Shown here piece by piece: positions 37,148 through 49,929 of a DNA stretch of 64,000 bases (the first letter of the stretch is position 1; every line of letters begins with the position of its first letter). Below the pieces are notes generated by a model. It saw nothing but the letters and a program-made list of their open reading frames with translations. It was not told the DNA's origin and did no database searches. Position numbers and translations under genes: made by a program. This DNA is from Azolla caroliniana (lineage: Eukaryota; Plantae; Polypodiophyta), in assembly GCA_043228905.1 (NCBI GenBank), contig JBHGNT010000003.1, positions 10,416,001-10,480,000 on the forward strand, written 5' to 3'.

Positions 37148-40100
37148 CGAGCATAGATAAAAGATAGAGACAATGCATGATTCAAGAAAGAAGATTGAGA
37201 CAAAGTATGATTTTAGAAAGAAGATTGAGACAAAGTGTGATTCAAGGAACAAGATTATATGATATAAACATTCAATGTATATTAAAAGTATAATATTTTA
37301 CCAACTTTACAATCCTTGATCGCAAACTGAACACATTCTCTATCGACCCTTGAATTGAACCCACGACCTCAACATCGAAACGAGAGGTTCTCCACCCAAT
37401 GAGCTAGTCTTCTTTACTTGATTATATTATTTTCTCACTCTCTCTTTTTGATTCCTTACCTTGTTTTCCCTTTCCCCTCTTTATATAAGTGTTGCCATGC
37501 ATATGGTAATGTATGGGAGCATGGCATGCATGCAATGCATGAGTTACATGTAATGCATGATCGCCATTTGGCGCACATGCATTGCATGTGATGAATGATG
37601 GCTATGTATGAAAATAGATATGGGATAAGTATAATGATGAAAAATGCATTCTAAAATAACTAACCTAGCTTAGTGTTGTATGCTTGGTACTTGGTATACA
37701 AGGTTGAGGGTTCAAGTCCCTCAATTTTACTTAATACAATATATAGCTTCGTTCTTATATCATGAAGCACATTTATTACACACTTTTACAAATAAATAGC
37801 CTAGCCTAGTGGTATGTACATTGTATAACACATCGTATATAGGGATGTGGGTTCAAGTCTCTCAAATATTATTAAATACAACATTTAAGCTCATTTTTAT
37901 ATCGTGAAGCACATTCTTCACGACACCCACCCCCTCTGAACTTGCACATTGGTTGTGCAGAGTTCATCCAACACTTCTTCTGATTCTTTTAATTCTTCTA
38001 CTTCTTCATAAATTTCAGGCTCTAATGACTCCCTCCTTTTAAATATTTTAATCCTTTTTCCTGCAATTGGGATACGAATTTCTGTCCCATCTAATTCATT
38101 GAGGAAATATATGACTTTATCTGTTATTTTCCTAACTTCATAAGGTCCAAACCATCTTTTTGCAAACTTCCGAATAGTACTGTATTGATTATCTAGGCTA
38201 TTATCATATACTAATACCCAATCTCCCTCTTGCACCTTTCTTGGTCGTATTCTTTTCATCTTGTCAAATCTGTCCTTATTCTTGATTCTTGCCTCTTTCA
38301 ATCTAGTAGCTGCTTTTTCTATGTCTTTTGTCCTTGATTGAAGTTGTTGTATTCGAACCACAAGTAAATCTTCCCTACTCATTTCCGATTCCCAAGGCAA
38401 CACAACCCATGTAGTTATCTTTTCTTCAATTGGCATTATTGGCTTCTGTCTTGTGATTAATTCTTCAGGCATATATCAAGTAACAGTGCTGTGAGTTGTC
38501 CTATCAGCCCATAGTGCATAGGGTAAGGTTTTTGGCCAATCACTGACCTGTCCTCTACATGCCTTTGCCAAAGCTTTGACTATTGGCCCATGTCCCCTTT
38601 CTACCTTTCCATTAGCTTCTGGATTGTACGCCGTTGTCAAAGAAAGTCGAATTCCTATTTTGTTGAAAAAATCTTGAGCTTCCGCAGAATTGAGTTCTCC
38701 CCTATCTGCCACTATTTTCCCAATACATCCATATCTACAAACAATGTCCTCCAAGATGAATTGACATACTCCTAATGTCCCTTTTGTTCGCAATGAACGG
38801 CCTTCCACTTGATTTATTAGATCTTCTCTAGCAAGAACCAAGTATCTCTTTTGTCCTACTCCAAGTGGCATTGTTACCAAATCTATCATCCACTTGTAAT
38901 GCACCCCCGGTGAGTATGTTGGGTGTAATTCATCACAAAATTTTACGTTTGAATAATATTGACAAGTGGGACAAGTTTCCACATACTTTTTTATTTGCTC
39001 ATAGTATCGAGGCCACCAAAATCGTTCTTTAATCTTATTGAAAGTGGCCCACACTCCTCGATGACCAGCCCATTCTTTATCATGCAGCTCTCTGATTATC
39101 TCCTTTCTTTGCCCTTCAGAACCTATTACTCTTTGCGGGTTTCCAGTCTTGGTTTTCGGATGTCACCATAGATATCCTTCATGCAGGAAGAACTTATGGG
39201 CTTTCTTGCGAAACTGTGCGAACTCTTTTGCAGATCGACCTTTGTACTTGTCAGGGGTTTGTAGGTATTTCCCTATTTCCTTGAATTCTTCTTCATACTC
39301 CTCTTCTAGAAACTGCATTCCTCCTTCCCGGGTAATGCTTGTTGTAAGGACTGTTTGTTCTTTGTCCTCATCGTCCGAGTCTGGAATCTCCTCTTCCTCA
39401 TACCTTGCTCTTGATAACATATCTGCTACTGCATTTCTATTCCCAGAGATATGTCGAACTTCAGGGTTGACTGATCTAATATAGATACACCATCTTAACA
39501 TGGCTTGATCTGGAATATCACAATTAGCTATGATACCAAGAATAGGCAAACAATTTGTTTCTATTATTACTTCAGCACCAATTAAGTAATCTCTGTCTGT
39601 CTTTACTGCTGTTACTATCCCCCATAGTTCTCTTTTCACCTATGCATATTTTCTTTGTCGACCACTAAGAACCTTTGCTCTGAATCGAACCAGATACCTT
39701 TCTTCCCCATCTTGTTGGCTTATCACCCATCCAATTCCAATGGGACTAGAGTCTACTATGAGATATATGTGTTGGGGTGTAGTCAGGTTGCTTTAATGGT
39801 AGAGCTTGTGCTAAGTAGTACTTCAATTTCTTCATTGCCTCTGAATGCTCTTCACTCCATTCAAATATCTCTCCTTTTCTTAGGAGTCTATATAAAGGTT
39901 CAGATAAATGGGCATAATGCGGAATCCATTTACAGTAAAAAACACATACCCCCAGAAACCTTCGTACTTCTGAGACGAATGTACATTCCTCTTGCATATT
40001 TTGAATTGCATTGACCTTGGTTGGGGATGGCTTTCTCCCGTATGGGCCACACATATGACCAACTATTAATATCTCTTTTGCCCCAAATATTGACTTCACC

Positions 40101-41853
40101 CCTGATAAGGTCAAATGCACTTCTTCCATCCTTGATAGCACCTTCTCACAATCCTTGATATGATCAGCAACAAATTGACGGCAACCACTTTCGTCCAATT
40201 CCTCGTTCTTCTCTTCCTCCTTGCATCCCTTAATTGGAACATCATCTAGAAAAGGCATTGTAATATCAGGAATAAAATCACGAAGTACCTTGTTCATTCC
40301 ATTCATCATATGCGCCACTAAGTTGGTCGCTCCTTGCGGCAAGGTGCACATCCGTACTAACCCTATATGTGTCTTGATAGAAGTTATATCTCGACTTTTG
40401 ATAGCAAGTTGAAATTGATCACACGGAATAAAGGTCTCCCATTGAATATATAGCTCTTCCTGCAAACATCTCAGCAAACTCATCCACAATTGGCCCTACT
40501 CCTGAGTTTCGGATTGTTACCTTATTCACGGGTTGCATATCTTGGATAAATCGGAGTCACCCATCTTTCTTTAACACAGTGAACCATCGACTCGAGTAAG
40601 GAGCGTTCGATGGTTCCAAGATACCCATCCTTATCTTTTCTTTTAAAAGTTCTAATAGTTGAGGGATTCTAGCCCTAGGCATGGGTATTGGCTTAAAGTT
40701 CCATGGAATATGAGGGATAGTGAATATAACCATGGGCTCCACAATTTCTGGATCCACACACCCTATTTCCTCTGGTTGGAATGTGAACGCCTTTCCATGC
40801 CTTTTTAACATCTCCTTGAATTGCTTTTCTTCAACGGGTAATAGGAAGTCACCCCCTCCTATTTTCATCCCTTGTATTGTTTCCTGAGTAAACACATGTC
40901 CTACCTTTCGTGGGTCTCTGATCATTGGCTCTATGGCTGCTTCTTTGATTGCCTTTTCACTATCCCCTGGAAGTGGAGCAGCAATAGGACGAACCTTCTT
41001 CTCCATTGTCTTGTATTTTGTTAGTACATGTGCTTCATGATCCTTTCGAGCAACTTCTTCAATGACCTCGTACATCTTGATTGAATGAACAGGAACTTGG
41101 ATTTCGTTGTCTTCTTCCATTGCTTCCAAATGAGTTATTGTATCTTCAAAACTTAATTCTTCAAACATATCCTGAATTTCTTCATCATCCTCTATTAATC
41201 CAGAACACTTAAAGTACTCGAAAGCATTTTGTATTTTATTATTATTTACTTTTAGTATAAAAGTAGCACCATTAGATGAGATTGTACAAGGAATATCTTT
41301 ATTTACATTATTATTTATGGGGTTTTCTTTTATGTTCGGGCTATCACAGCCCCTACCTGTAAAAGCCCTATCTAAAAATCCTGGGAAAACTCTTCATCCA
41401 TCTCTTGAATTGGATGTTCCCTCAAGCATTCTTTGTTTCTTTCATGGTTGGGCCTCACGGTTAAGAATTGGACAGTCTTTCTTCCATCTTGACTCTTGAT
41501 TCTCGCGAAAGCCGAACCATCATCAATAACCTTTGTTTCCATCCTCACTGTAGTGATGTAGGGCTGACCAAGGATGATGGGGTAGGTTGATCGATCCTGC
41601 ACAAAGAAATTTTGATTCACCGACACATCACCAATTGTTACCTTCACACTAGGACATGCTCCAAATAGATCCTCCATAGTCTCTGTGGCAGCTCTTATTT
41701 TCCACCCATGATTCTTGTCGATCGGCCACCATCTCGAGCGTAAAATTCCGATGACATCATGTTAATCTCGGATCCATGATCAATCAAAGCAATACATGGA
41801 ATTTGCTGCTCCCCAATTTTTGCAAGTGCCTCCGTTGTTGCTCGAGCCCAATG

Positions 41854-42021
41854 TGTCGAATACATGTGTATAATGGACGTATTCACACTATCCCGTTTTG
41901 GCCATTTATGTAATTAGCATAAAGGGTAGTTGCCCTAAGTCGGTCACTATATATAGTGACCTTGTAACCTTTTTGTAAGGTTGGTTGTTGTATTGTTACT
42001 TTGTGAAATAAAGAGTCTTTT

Positions 42022-42059
<38 letters not shown>

Positions 42060-45000
42060 AACGACATAGAAACTGTCATACGCAGGGAATAAACAGGAAT
42101 CGAGTGCTTCTTGATCTTCCGCATAGACGACCTCGCTTCCAACATCTGGTATCAGAGCCTGCACAGTAGTCGGTCCTTCAATCCGCTGTCGGCCGTCGTC
42201 TCTGCATTCGGTTTCCTGCGTCATTCGAAGAAGAGAGAAGAAGAAGAAAAACCAGGTTTGCATCTCATCGCGTTAGATCATCTTTGCTTGGAGTAAGCCA
42301 TCAGGTTGTACTCTGTTCCTTGTGATTGTAACCGCTCGAGGTGAAATCCCCTTGTGCATCATTGACACGATCGTGCTCCATTCGGTTAAACGGCATCCGA
42401 AAAGGTCGTTAAACGCTGCTCGCTGCTCGTTGAAACCACTCGGTGCAGATCGGTCTTAAGACAACAACCCCAAATTCGTGCTTCATCTGGCTGATCGACA
42501 TTCGGGAGGATCAGTTGGATCCGTCTCTCTCGCTGCTGCAGTCAACCGAAGCAGAATCGGTCCAGATAATCGGTTTCAATAATCGGTATTCGGCATATAT
42601 ATCCGACGCGAACTGGGCTCACTCCGACTCGGCAACATTCGGGAAGACCAGTCGGTTCTGTCCCTCAAGCTACCAGAGTCAATTCGAGCAAGTTCAACAA
42701 TACATATATCCGAAGCCGAACCGACTCAGGTTCAAATCCGACTAGAACGATATCGGGTGAGCCAACCGGTTGCACTCCAACAAAGTTCGTAGTCAACTCC
42801 GAACCGAGCTTCGTCAACAGAAACCAAATTTGATGGCATCAACATCCGGCTCGTCAGAAATGAGTCTACGAAAGTTCGATGGATCGAACTTCAACTTCTG
42901 GAAGGAGCAAATGCAGGACTATCTCATAGTCAAGGGACAAATAGATCCCATCGAAAATGAAGAACCTCCAGAAGGATACAAACCAATTGAGTGGCAGAAG
43001 CTGGACAGAATCGTCCGCGCCACGATTCGGATGCACCTATCGGAATCGGTATACTTTACGGTGCAATCGTGTACGACAGCATTCGAACTGTGGAAAACAC
43101 TGTCGGACACTTACGAGAAGAAGGTCGCCGCAACAAAGATGTTTCTGATCCGGCGCCTCTACAACTTGCGGATGAAAGAATCTGATTCGGTTCAAGCACA
43201 CCTCAATGAGTACGAAAGCATAAGCTCCCAAATCTCGTCACAGGGGACGGCAATCGAGGATGAACTCAGAGCAATGATACTCATGAGCAGCCTTCCCCCA
43301 TCATGGGAAACTTTCGTCACAACTGTGTGCAACGCGTCAACCACGGCTGTTAAATACTCCGAAGTCACGAGCGCGATCCTAACCGAAGCAGCTCGGAGAA
43401 AGTCTTTCGCCAAAGACTCAACAGAAGACGCTTATGTAGTACAAGGTTCGACAGACCGATCGAACATACGAGGAAGAGATTCCTCACGACCGCCGAACAA
43501 TCAGCGAAGACGGAGCCAGTCACGGGATAACCGAATCTGCAACTATTGCAAGAAACCCGGACACATCAAAGCCGACTGCCGCGCACTCAAGAACAAGAAC
43601 AACAAGAAGAGTGGCCGGCATGAGGAGGTCAATTACGTCAGCTTCTCAGCTGATGTGCTACCAGACGACCCGAATATACTATCAATCGAAAATCCAGTCG
43701 GATCAGAAGTTCTGCTCACGACTGAAGAATCGAGCACATGGCTCTTGGACTCGGGCGCGTCATTTCACGTGACTCCTCATAGATCCCAATTTCGGCAATA
43801 TACGATCCGTCACTCCGACTCAGTTCGAGTCGGCAACTCACAACACTGTGACATCATCGGAATCGGCACAGTAGAGCTTAACCTTGCAGGTGGCTCTACA
43901 CTTGTACTTCACAATGTCCGACATGTACCCGAGCTCTCAAGGCCATTGATCTCAGTCGGACAACTAGATGAAGACGGCATCCGTGCCGGTTTCTCTTCGG
44001 GGGGGTGGACACTCCACAGGGGGAACCTCCTGCTTGCTAGAGGACCCAAGATACACTCCCTGTATCCGTTACATGTTACGCTCAGAGAGGGTAACCTGTT
44101 TCTGGTGGATATTCCTGTGTCATCACTATGGCACCGAAGATTAGGACACCTCAGCAAGGCCGGCATCACGCACCTATCTAGAGCCGGATACATCCCCAAA
44201 CTCTCCTTCTCCGACCATCAATTCTGCGAGCATTGCCAGTATGGCAAACAAGCAGCCGCATCACACCCGACATCAGCACCAAGAGAAACGAGACCTCTCG
44301 ATTTAGTCCACTCGGACGTCTGCGGCCCAATGCCGCATCAGTCTCTTGGCGGTGCCTCTTACTTCGTCACCTTTATTGACGATTCGACTCGAAAGGTGTG
44401 GGCTTATCCAATTCGCACTAAAGATCGGGTCTTCTCGATCTTCTCAGATTGGCTCGCTATGGTAGAAAATCAAACCGGCCGAAAACTGAAATGCTTTCGG
44501 ACAGACAACGGGGGAGAGTTCAAATCCGAAGAATTCGTCAAATTCTGCCGACAACGCGGCATCAGACGTGAATTTACGGCACCACATAGCCCGGAGCAAA
44601 ACGGGATTGCCGAACGGATGAATCGGACAATCCAAGAAAGGATAGTTTCCATGCTCCAACACTCCGGACTGTCGGATGGCTTCTGGGCAGAGGCTCTACT
44701 CACGGCAGTACACATAATCAACATGTCGCCAAGTAGACCTCTAGGACTTCAAATTCCTCAGGAACTATGGATCGGCAGCAAGCCGAATTACGACAAGCTG
44801 AGGATCTTCGGATGCGAGGCGTACGCCCTCATTCCGAAAGATGATCGCCGAAAACTTGCACCTCGGTCCAGGAAATGTATTTTCCTTGGATATGGATCCG
44901 ACGGCGAAATTGGATACCGACTCTGGGACCCCGAACGCAGACAAATCGTTCGAAGTTCGGACGTTGTGTTCAACGAGTCGGCTATGAATCCATCAGTCGA

Positions 45001-47207
45001 AAAACCGATCGAAGTCCGGAGGGTAACATTCTCCGATGTGCTGACCCTTCAAGAAGGCCCCGCTCTCAACACACGGTCAGCTTCACGGGTAGCTGAACCT
45101 TATACTACCGACTCGGACAACTCTGACTCGGCACAGCCGAATGATTTGGTTTCGGACCATCCGACCTCGATACCCGATGCGACCAGTCCAATCATACCTC
45201 GACGATCCGAGAGACTGTCGCAACCTCCGGAGAGGTACTCTCCTGGAATTTTCTTCACCGACGCCGGCGAACCGACGTCTTACGAAGAAGCATCGACATC
45301 TGTCGATTCCGCCACCTGGCATCTGGCGATGGAGTCGGAAATGCACTCCATTCGGGCAAACAAGACTTGGGATCTGGTCGAATTACCTAGGAACCGACGT
45401 GCTCTTCCTTGCAAGTGGGTTTATCGACTAAAAGAGACGTCTGATTCGACCACCCCAAAGTACAAGGCCAGATTAGTTGCGAAGGGCTTCCGACAAGAAT
45501 ATGGTGTCGACTTCGACGAGATTTTTTCACCAGTGGTGAAAATGACAACCCTTCGTTTTCTACTCGGCGTAGTGGCAGCCGACAACTTGGAGCTGATTCA
45601 GCTAGATGTCAAAACAACCTTCCTCCATGGTGATCTCGAGGAGGAAATTTATATGGAGCAGCCAAAAGGCTTCGTGGCACCTGGCCAAGAACATCTAGTC
45701 TGCCGACTCAGGAAGAGTCTATACGGCCTCAAACAGGCACCGCGACAATGGTACAAGCAGTTCGACGACTTCATCCAATCGATCGGCTTCTCCAAAAGCG
45801 ATGAGGACCATTGTCTCTTCACCAACACGGCTCAAGATGGATCACCCATCTTCCTCATCATCTACGTGGACGACATGCTAATTTCCGGACGCCACGCGGG
45901 CGAACTTGCCGATCTCATTCGGCAACTGCGGTTGAAGTTTGCCATGAAGGACCTCGGTCCGGCACGACACATCCTTGGCATGAAGATTAGTCGGCATCGC
46001 GATAAACGACATCTTTTTTTGTCTCAGACCGACTATATCGGACGTGTCTTGGAACGCTTCAACATGCAATCAGCCAAATCTGCTTCAACCCCGCTCCCCA
46101 TGAATCTTCGGCTCTCTCAGCGAGACTGCCCGACATCCGGTCCGGAGGGGGAAAATATGAAGTCGGTACCGTATGCACCGGCAGTCGGCTCCCTTATGTA
46201 CCTGATGGTCGCGACACGGCCTGATATTTCTCATGCCGTAGGAGTCGTTAGCAGATTTATGCACAATCCCGGCCGATCGCATTGGAACGCAGTCAAGCAT
46301 GTGTTCAGATATCTGGCTGGCACAAAAGACCACGGCATTCTTTTCGGTCCGAACCGAACCTCATGCGTAGTCGGTTACACCGACTCGGATTTCGCCGGCT
46401 GTATAGACAGTCGGAAATCAACAACCGGATACTGCTTCAAATTCGGCAATGGAGCAATCTCGTGGAAGTCGAAACTTCAGGAGTGCACAGCGACCTCAAC
46501 GACCGAAGCAGAATATGTAGCTGCGTCCGACGCAGCAAAAGAAGCTTTGTGGCTCGGTCGGCTGGCGCACACGTTTCGACAAGTCGACCATGACTCAGCT
46601 CCAGTTGTCTACAGCGACAGTCAAGGTGCTGTTGCCTTGTCGAAAAATCCGGTTCACCACAACGCCTCCAAACATATCGACGTTCGATATCACTTCGTTC
46701 GGGACTGCGTCATTTCAGGGAAGATCGGTCTAGAGAAAATATCCACAACCGACAATGTCGCAGATGGAATGACCAAATGTCTTTCGGCAGACCGTTTTCG
46801 GTCTCTTCGGCATCAGATGGGCGTAATGACAAACCAGTCCGGCTAGAGCTGGACACAGAGCAGGATGGTTCCCGACAACCGACATCAGTTCCTTAATGAT
46901 CGGCTTCAACTGCTCCGACCCGACCAGTTCGGTCTTCTGCCTTCGGACCCTGCCGACTCGAACAAAGCTGATATGTCCGAGAACCTAAGTCTATACCTGT
47001 AATCTTAGATAACCCATGTATACGCCCATTACGGGGGAGTGTCGAATACATGTGTATAATGGACGTATTCACACTATCCCGTTTTGGCCATTTATGTAAT
47101 TAGCATAAAGGGTAGTTGCCCTAAGTCGGTCACTATATATAGTGACCTTGTAACCTTTTTGTAAGGTTGGTTGTTGTATTGTTACTTTGTGAAATAAAGA
47201 GTCTTTT

Positions 47208-47249
<42 letters not shown>

Positions 47250-47334
47250 AACGACATAGAAACTGTCATACGCAGGGAATAAACAGGAATCGAGTGCTTC
47301 TTGATCTTCCGCATAGACGACCTCGCTTCCAACA
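41854..47334 (+). mobile_element. Full-length, apparently intact Ty1/copia LTR retrotransposon (family G, copy 2)
   Basis: LTRs 41854-42144 and 47040-47334, TSD CAATG, iMet PBS 42147-42158, PPT GGGGGAG just before 47040. Confidence 0.98.
42833..46846 (+). CDS. Copia gag-pol polyprotein (gag, CCHC knuckle, protease, integrase, RT, RNase H)
   Basis: Uninterrupted ORF with CNYCKKPGHIKADC, WLLDSGASFH, WHRRLGH..CEHC, LVHSDVCGP, RTDNGGEF, YVDDML, GYTDSDFAG..RKSTTGY, KHIDVRYHF. Confidence 0.97.
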   Translation: MASTSGSSEMSLRKFDGSNFNFWKEQMQDYLIVKGQIDPIENEEPPEGYKPIEWQKLDRIVRATIRMHLSESVYFTVQSCTTAFELWKTLSDTYEKKVAATKMFLIRRLYNLRMKESDSVQAHLNEYESISSQISSQGTAIEDELRAMILMSSLPPSWETFVTTVCNASTTAVKYSEVTSAILTEAARRKSFAKDSTEDAYVVQGSTDRSNIRGRDSSRPPNNQRRRSQSRDNRICNYCKKPGHIKADCRALKNKNNKKSGRHEEVNYVSFSADVLPDDPNILSIENPVGSEVLLTTEESSTWLLDSGASFHVTPHRSQFRQYTIRHSDSVRVGNSQHCDIIGIGTVELNLAGGSTLVLHNVRHVPELSRPLISVGQLDEDGIRAGFSSGGWTLHRGNLLLARGPKIHSLYPLHVTLREGNLFLVDIPVSSLWHRRLGHLSKAGITHLSRAGYIPKLSFSDHQFCEHCQYGKQAAASHPTSAPRETRPLDLVHSDVCGPMPHQSLGGASYFVTFIDDSTRKVWAYPIRTKDRVFSIFSDWLAMVENQTGRKLKCFRTDNGGEFKSEEFVKFCRQRGIRREFTAPHSPEQNGIAERMNRTIQERIVSMLQHSGLSDGFWAEALLTAVHIINMSPSRPLGLQIPQELWIGSKPNYDKLRIFGCEAYALIPKDDRRKLAPRSRKCIFLGYGSDGEIGYRLWDPERRQIVRSSDVVFNESAMNPSVEKPIEVRRVTFSDVLTLQEGPALNTRSASRVAEPYTTDSDNSDSAQPNDLVSDHPTSIPDATSPIIPRRSERLSQPPERYSPGIFFTDAGEPTSYEEASTSVDSATWHLAMESEMHSIRANKTWDLVELPRNRRALPCKWVYRLKETSDSTTPKYKARLVAKGFRQEYGVDFDEIFSPVVKMTTLRFLLGVVAADNLELIQLDVKTTFLHGDLEEEIYMEQPKGFVAPGQEHLVCRLRKSLYGLKQAPRQWYKQFDDFIQSIGFSKSDEDHCLFTNTAQDGSPIFLIIYVDDMLISGRHAGELADLIRQLRLKFAMKDLGPARHILGMKISRHRDKRHLFLSQTDYIGRVLERFNMQSAKSASTPLPMNLRLSQRDCPTSGPEGENMKSVPYAPAVGSLMYLMVATRPDISHAVGVVSRFMHNPGRSHWNAVKHVFRYLAGTKDHGILFGPNRTSCVVGYTDSDFAGCIDSRKSTTGYCFKFGNGAISWKSKLQECTATSTTEAEYVAASDAAKEALWLGRLAHTFRQVDHDSAPVVYSDSQGAVALSKNPVHHNASKHIDVRYHFVRDCVISGKIGLEKISTTDNVADGMTKCLSADRFRSLRHQMGVMTNQSG

Positions 47335-49147
47335 CAATGGTCCCTTGTATAGTGACTCCTATCCCCTTCATGGACGCCAACATCATTCTGGTTTTTTACA
47401 ATTGCAACATTGATGGTGCCACCATACAAATCTTGGAGTGTTGTTGCACACCCTCCCGTAATTTCCTCCGTCACCTGTCTCTTCCTTCTAATAATATCTA
47501 TGATAACTTCATGAAATTCTTTCTTTGTTATACCCAACACTTCTCTTAAAGTAAATTCTACCTTACTATTTAATATTCTTGTTTCTAGTACCTTTTTTAT
47601 ATCCGTCGTTGTTTCTATGTCTGAGGCAAGCTTGAAAGATGGGCCTGTCTTTCCTTTTACTTTATCAGCTTCCCTTGGCTCAGTAGCACCCTTTTCCATC
47701 TCCCTTCTCTTCTGTTCTCGTGTCTCATGTCTCTTTGTCGGATCAGCTTCCTCAGCTCTCTTCCGCTTCTCTTCCACTAGCACATCTTGTGCATTCACTT
47801 GGGCGAATGCTGATAGCGCGTCTACTAGATCATTCCATCCAGTGAAGTTTCGTATTTCATCTCCCGCTCTTTTTAATTCATCCACTCGAACCTTCCCTTT
47901 TCTTGCATAATCCATCACATCTTGCCAAAAGCCAGATCCACCATATGAGTCTTCTATGCGCAACCCTAAGGTTGCCACGGATTGTATCGCTTGAGTCGTT
48001 TCTCTCTCGGCATCTTCCATTAGCTTTTTCATTCCTCCTCGCCCGAAGTTGAGTTGAAGTGGTTGTCAAGTCTCTGTCGAGTGAATCTTGCCCTCTTGAT
48101 AGTAGATTTTATTATGATTAAGAGCATCCCTATGCTCTTGACAATCTTTCTTTTGGTGGTCGATACTATCACACCACATACACCTTCGGACCATTCCACC
48201 TCCCTACCTTGATGAAGTCGAGCTTTGTCCCGATTCTAGCTTCGTCACTTTGATCGACAAGTCTTTCATACCTTTCACCAATTCGTGTAAGAGTGATTCT
48301 TCTACTTTCTTTTCTCCCGACTCGTTCCCTATTTCTTCATCATTTTTGTCAGGCAACTCCATAAACCATAACTTTCTTTTGCAGAAATGGGTGCACGTCC
48401 TTTTCACCTCCTCCCAGTCTTCAATAAGTCCACTTGGACTATTCTAATCTTCTAAAATCATTCCCAAGTCCTTCCTGTCTTTAATATTAGTAGCTTGTAG
48501 AAACAATATGACTTTATCTGGCAATATTATATTTCTATCTCTAACATTGAGTTGCTCAAATCTTTCAGAAAACTCTTTTAATACTTCCAAAACACTTAAA
48601 TGTTTATTAGACTCTACCCAATCCATGAAGGCTTGCCTTGTCATCCTTGACATATCGTTGAGGTTGTATTCATTTAGCAATGCTCTTTCGAAAGTCGCCC
48701 ATGTCTGATGTTCCCTCTGTAGCTCTTGGATCCTTTCTTGTAGCCCAATCGCAGCGACTCGACTAAAGCTATTAATTTTTGCAGCCTCGTCGACACCGTG
48801 TTTAAGCATTTCTTCATTATAAATCTTCAGAAATCTTGTTAAATTTATACCTTCGAAGATTCCTACTCGTGCGAGAATATTGTCGACGGCTTTGTCGATG
48901 CTTGCCATCATCCCTTGTTCCCGCATCACTCATTCCATCATTGTACACATAAGCCTCATTTGCTCCTCCATTTCTCCTCGTCGCCGCCTTCACGTCGGGT
49001 TCACCAAATGTGTCGGGGTAGTTGTGGTTCATGCGGCGAAGTCGCGGGGACTAAGGTTAAGGGGAGTTGAAGAAACTTAACTTTTAATAAGGCTTGTATG
49101 GTGATGATAGAATGGATAAGGATAGTAAGAAGAAGAGTTACGAGTAA

Positions 49148-49186
<39 letters not shown>

Positions 49187-49929
49187 CGAGCATAGATAAA
49201 AGATAGAGACAATGTATGATTCAAGAAAGAAGATTGAGACAAAGTATGATTCAAGGAACAAGATTATATGATATAAACATTCAATGTATATTAAAAGTAT
49301 AATATTTTACCAACTTTACAATCCTTGTTCGCAAACTGAACACATTCTCTATCGACCCTTGAATTGAACCCACGACCTCAACTTCGAAACGAGAGGTTCT
49401 CCACCCAATGAGCTAGTCTTCTTTACTTAATTATATTATTTTCTCACTCTCTCTTTTTGATTCCTTACCTTGTTTTCCCTTTCCCCTCTTTATATAAGTG
49501 TTGCCATGCATATGGTAATGTATGGGAGCATGGCATGCATGCAATGCATGAGTTACATGTAATGCATGATCGCCATTTGGCGCACATGCATTGCATGTGA
49601 TGAATGATGGCTATGTATGAAAATAGATATGGGATAAGTATAATGATGAAAAATGCATTCTAAAATAACTAACCTAGCTTAGTGTTGTATGCTTGGTACT
49701 TGGTATACAAGGTTGAGGGTTCAAGTCCCTCAATTTTACTTAATACAATATATAGCTTCGTTCTTATATCATGAAGCACATTTATTACACACTTTTACAA
49801 ATAAATAGCCTAGCCTAGTGGTATGTACATTGTACATCGTATATAAGGATGTGGGTTCAAGTCTCTCAAATATTATTAAATACAACATTTAAGCTCATTT
49901 TTATATCGTGAAGCACATTCTTCACGACA

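Larger units (their letters stand above)
36968..49929 (-). mobile_element. tRNA-Trp-primed non-chromovirus Ty3/gypsy element (family B, Phygy/Ylt1-like by inference), degenerate, with nested copia
   Basis: LTRs 49011-49929 and 36968-37925; PBS 48989-49006; PPT AGAGGGGGTGGG at 37926-37937; gag 48929-47340, protease IDHGSEIN, RT LPQGATN..FLDDVPIKG, RNase H NAVADMLSR, integrase AYNPEANGKVERGH. Confidence 0.92.

Noticed and set aside
42770-42832. N-terminal extension of copia gag-pol from a TTG start
   Set aside because: Non-ATG start from the ORF caller; ATG 42833 is shared with the sister copy
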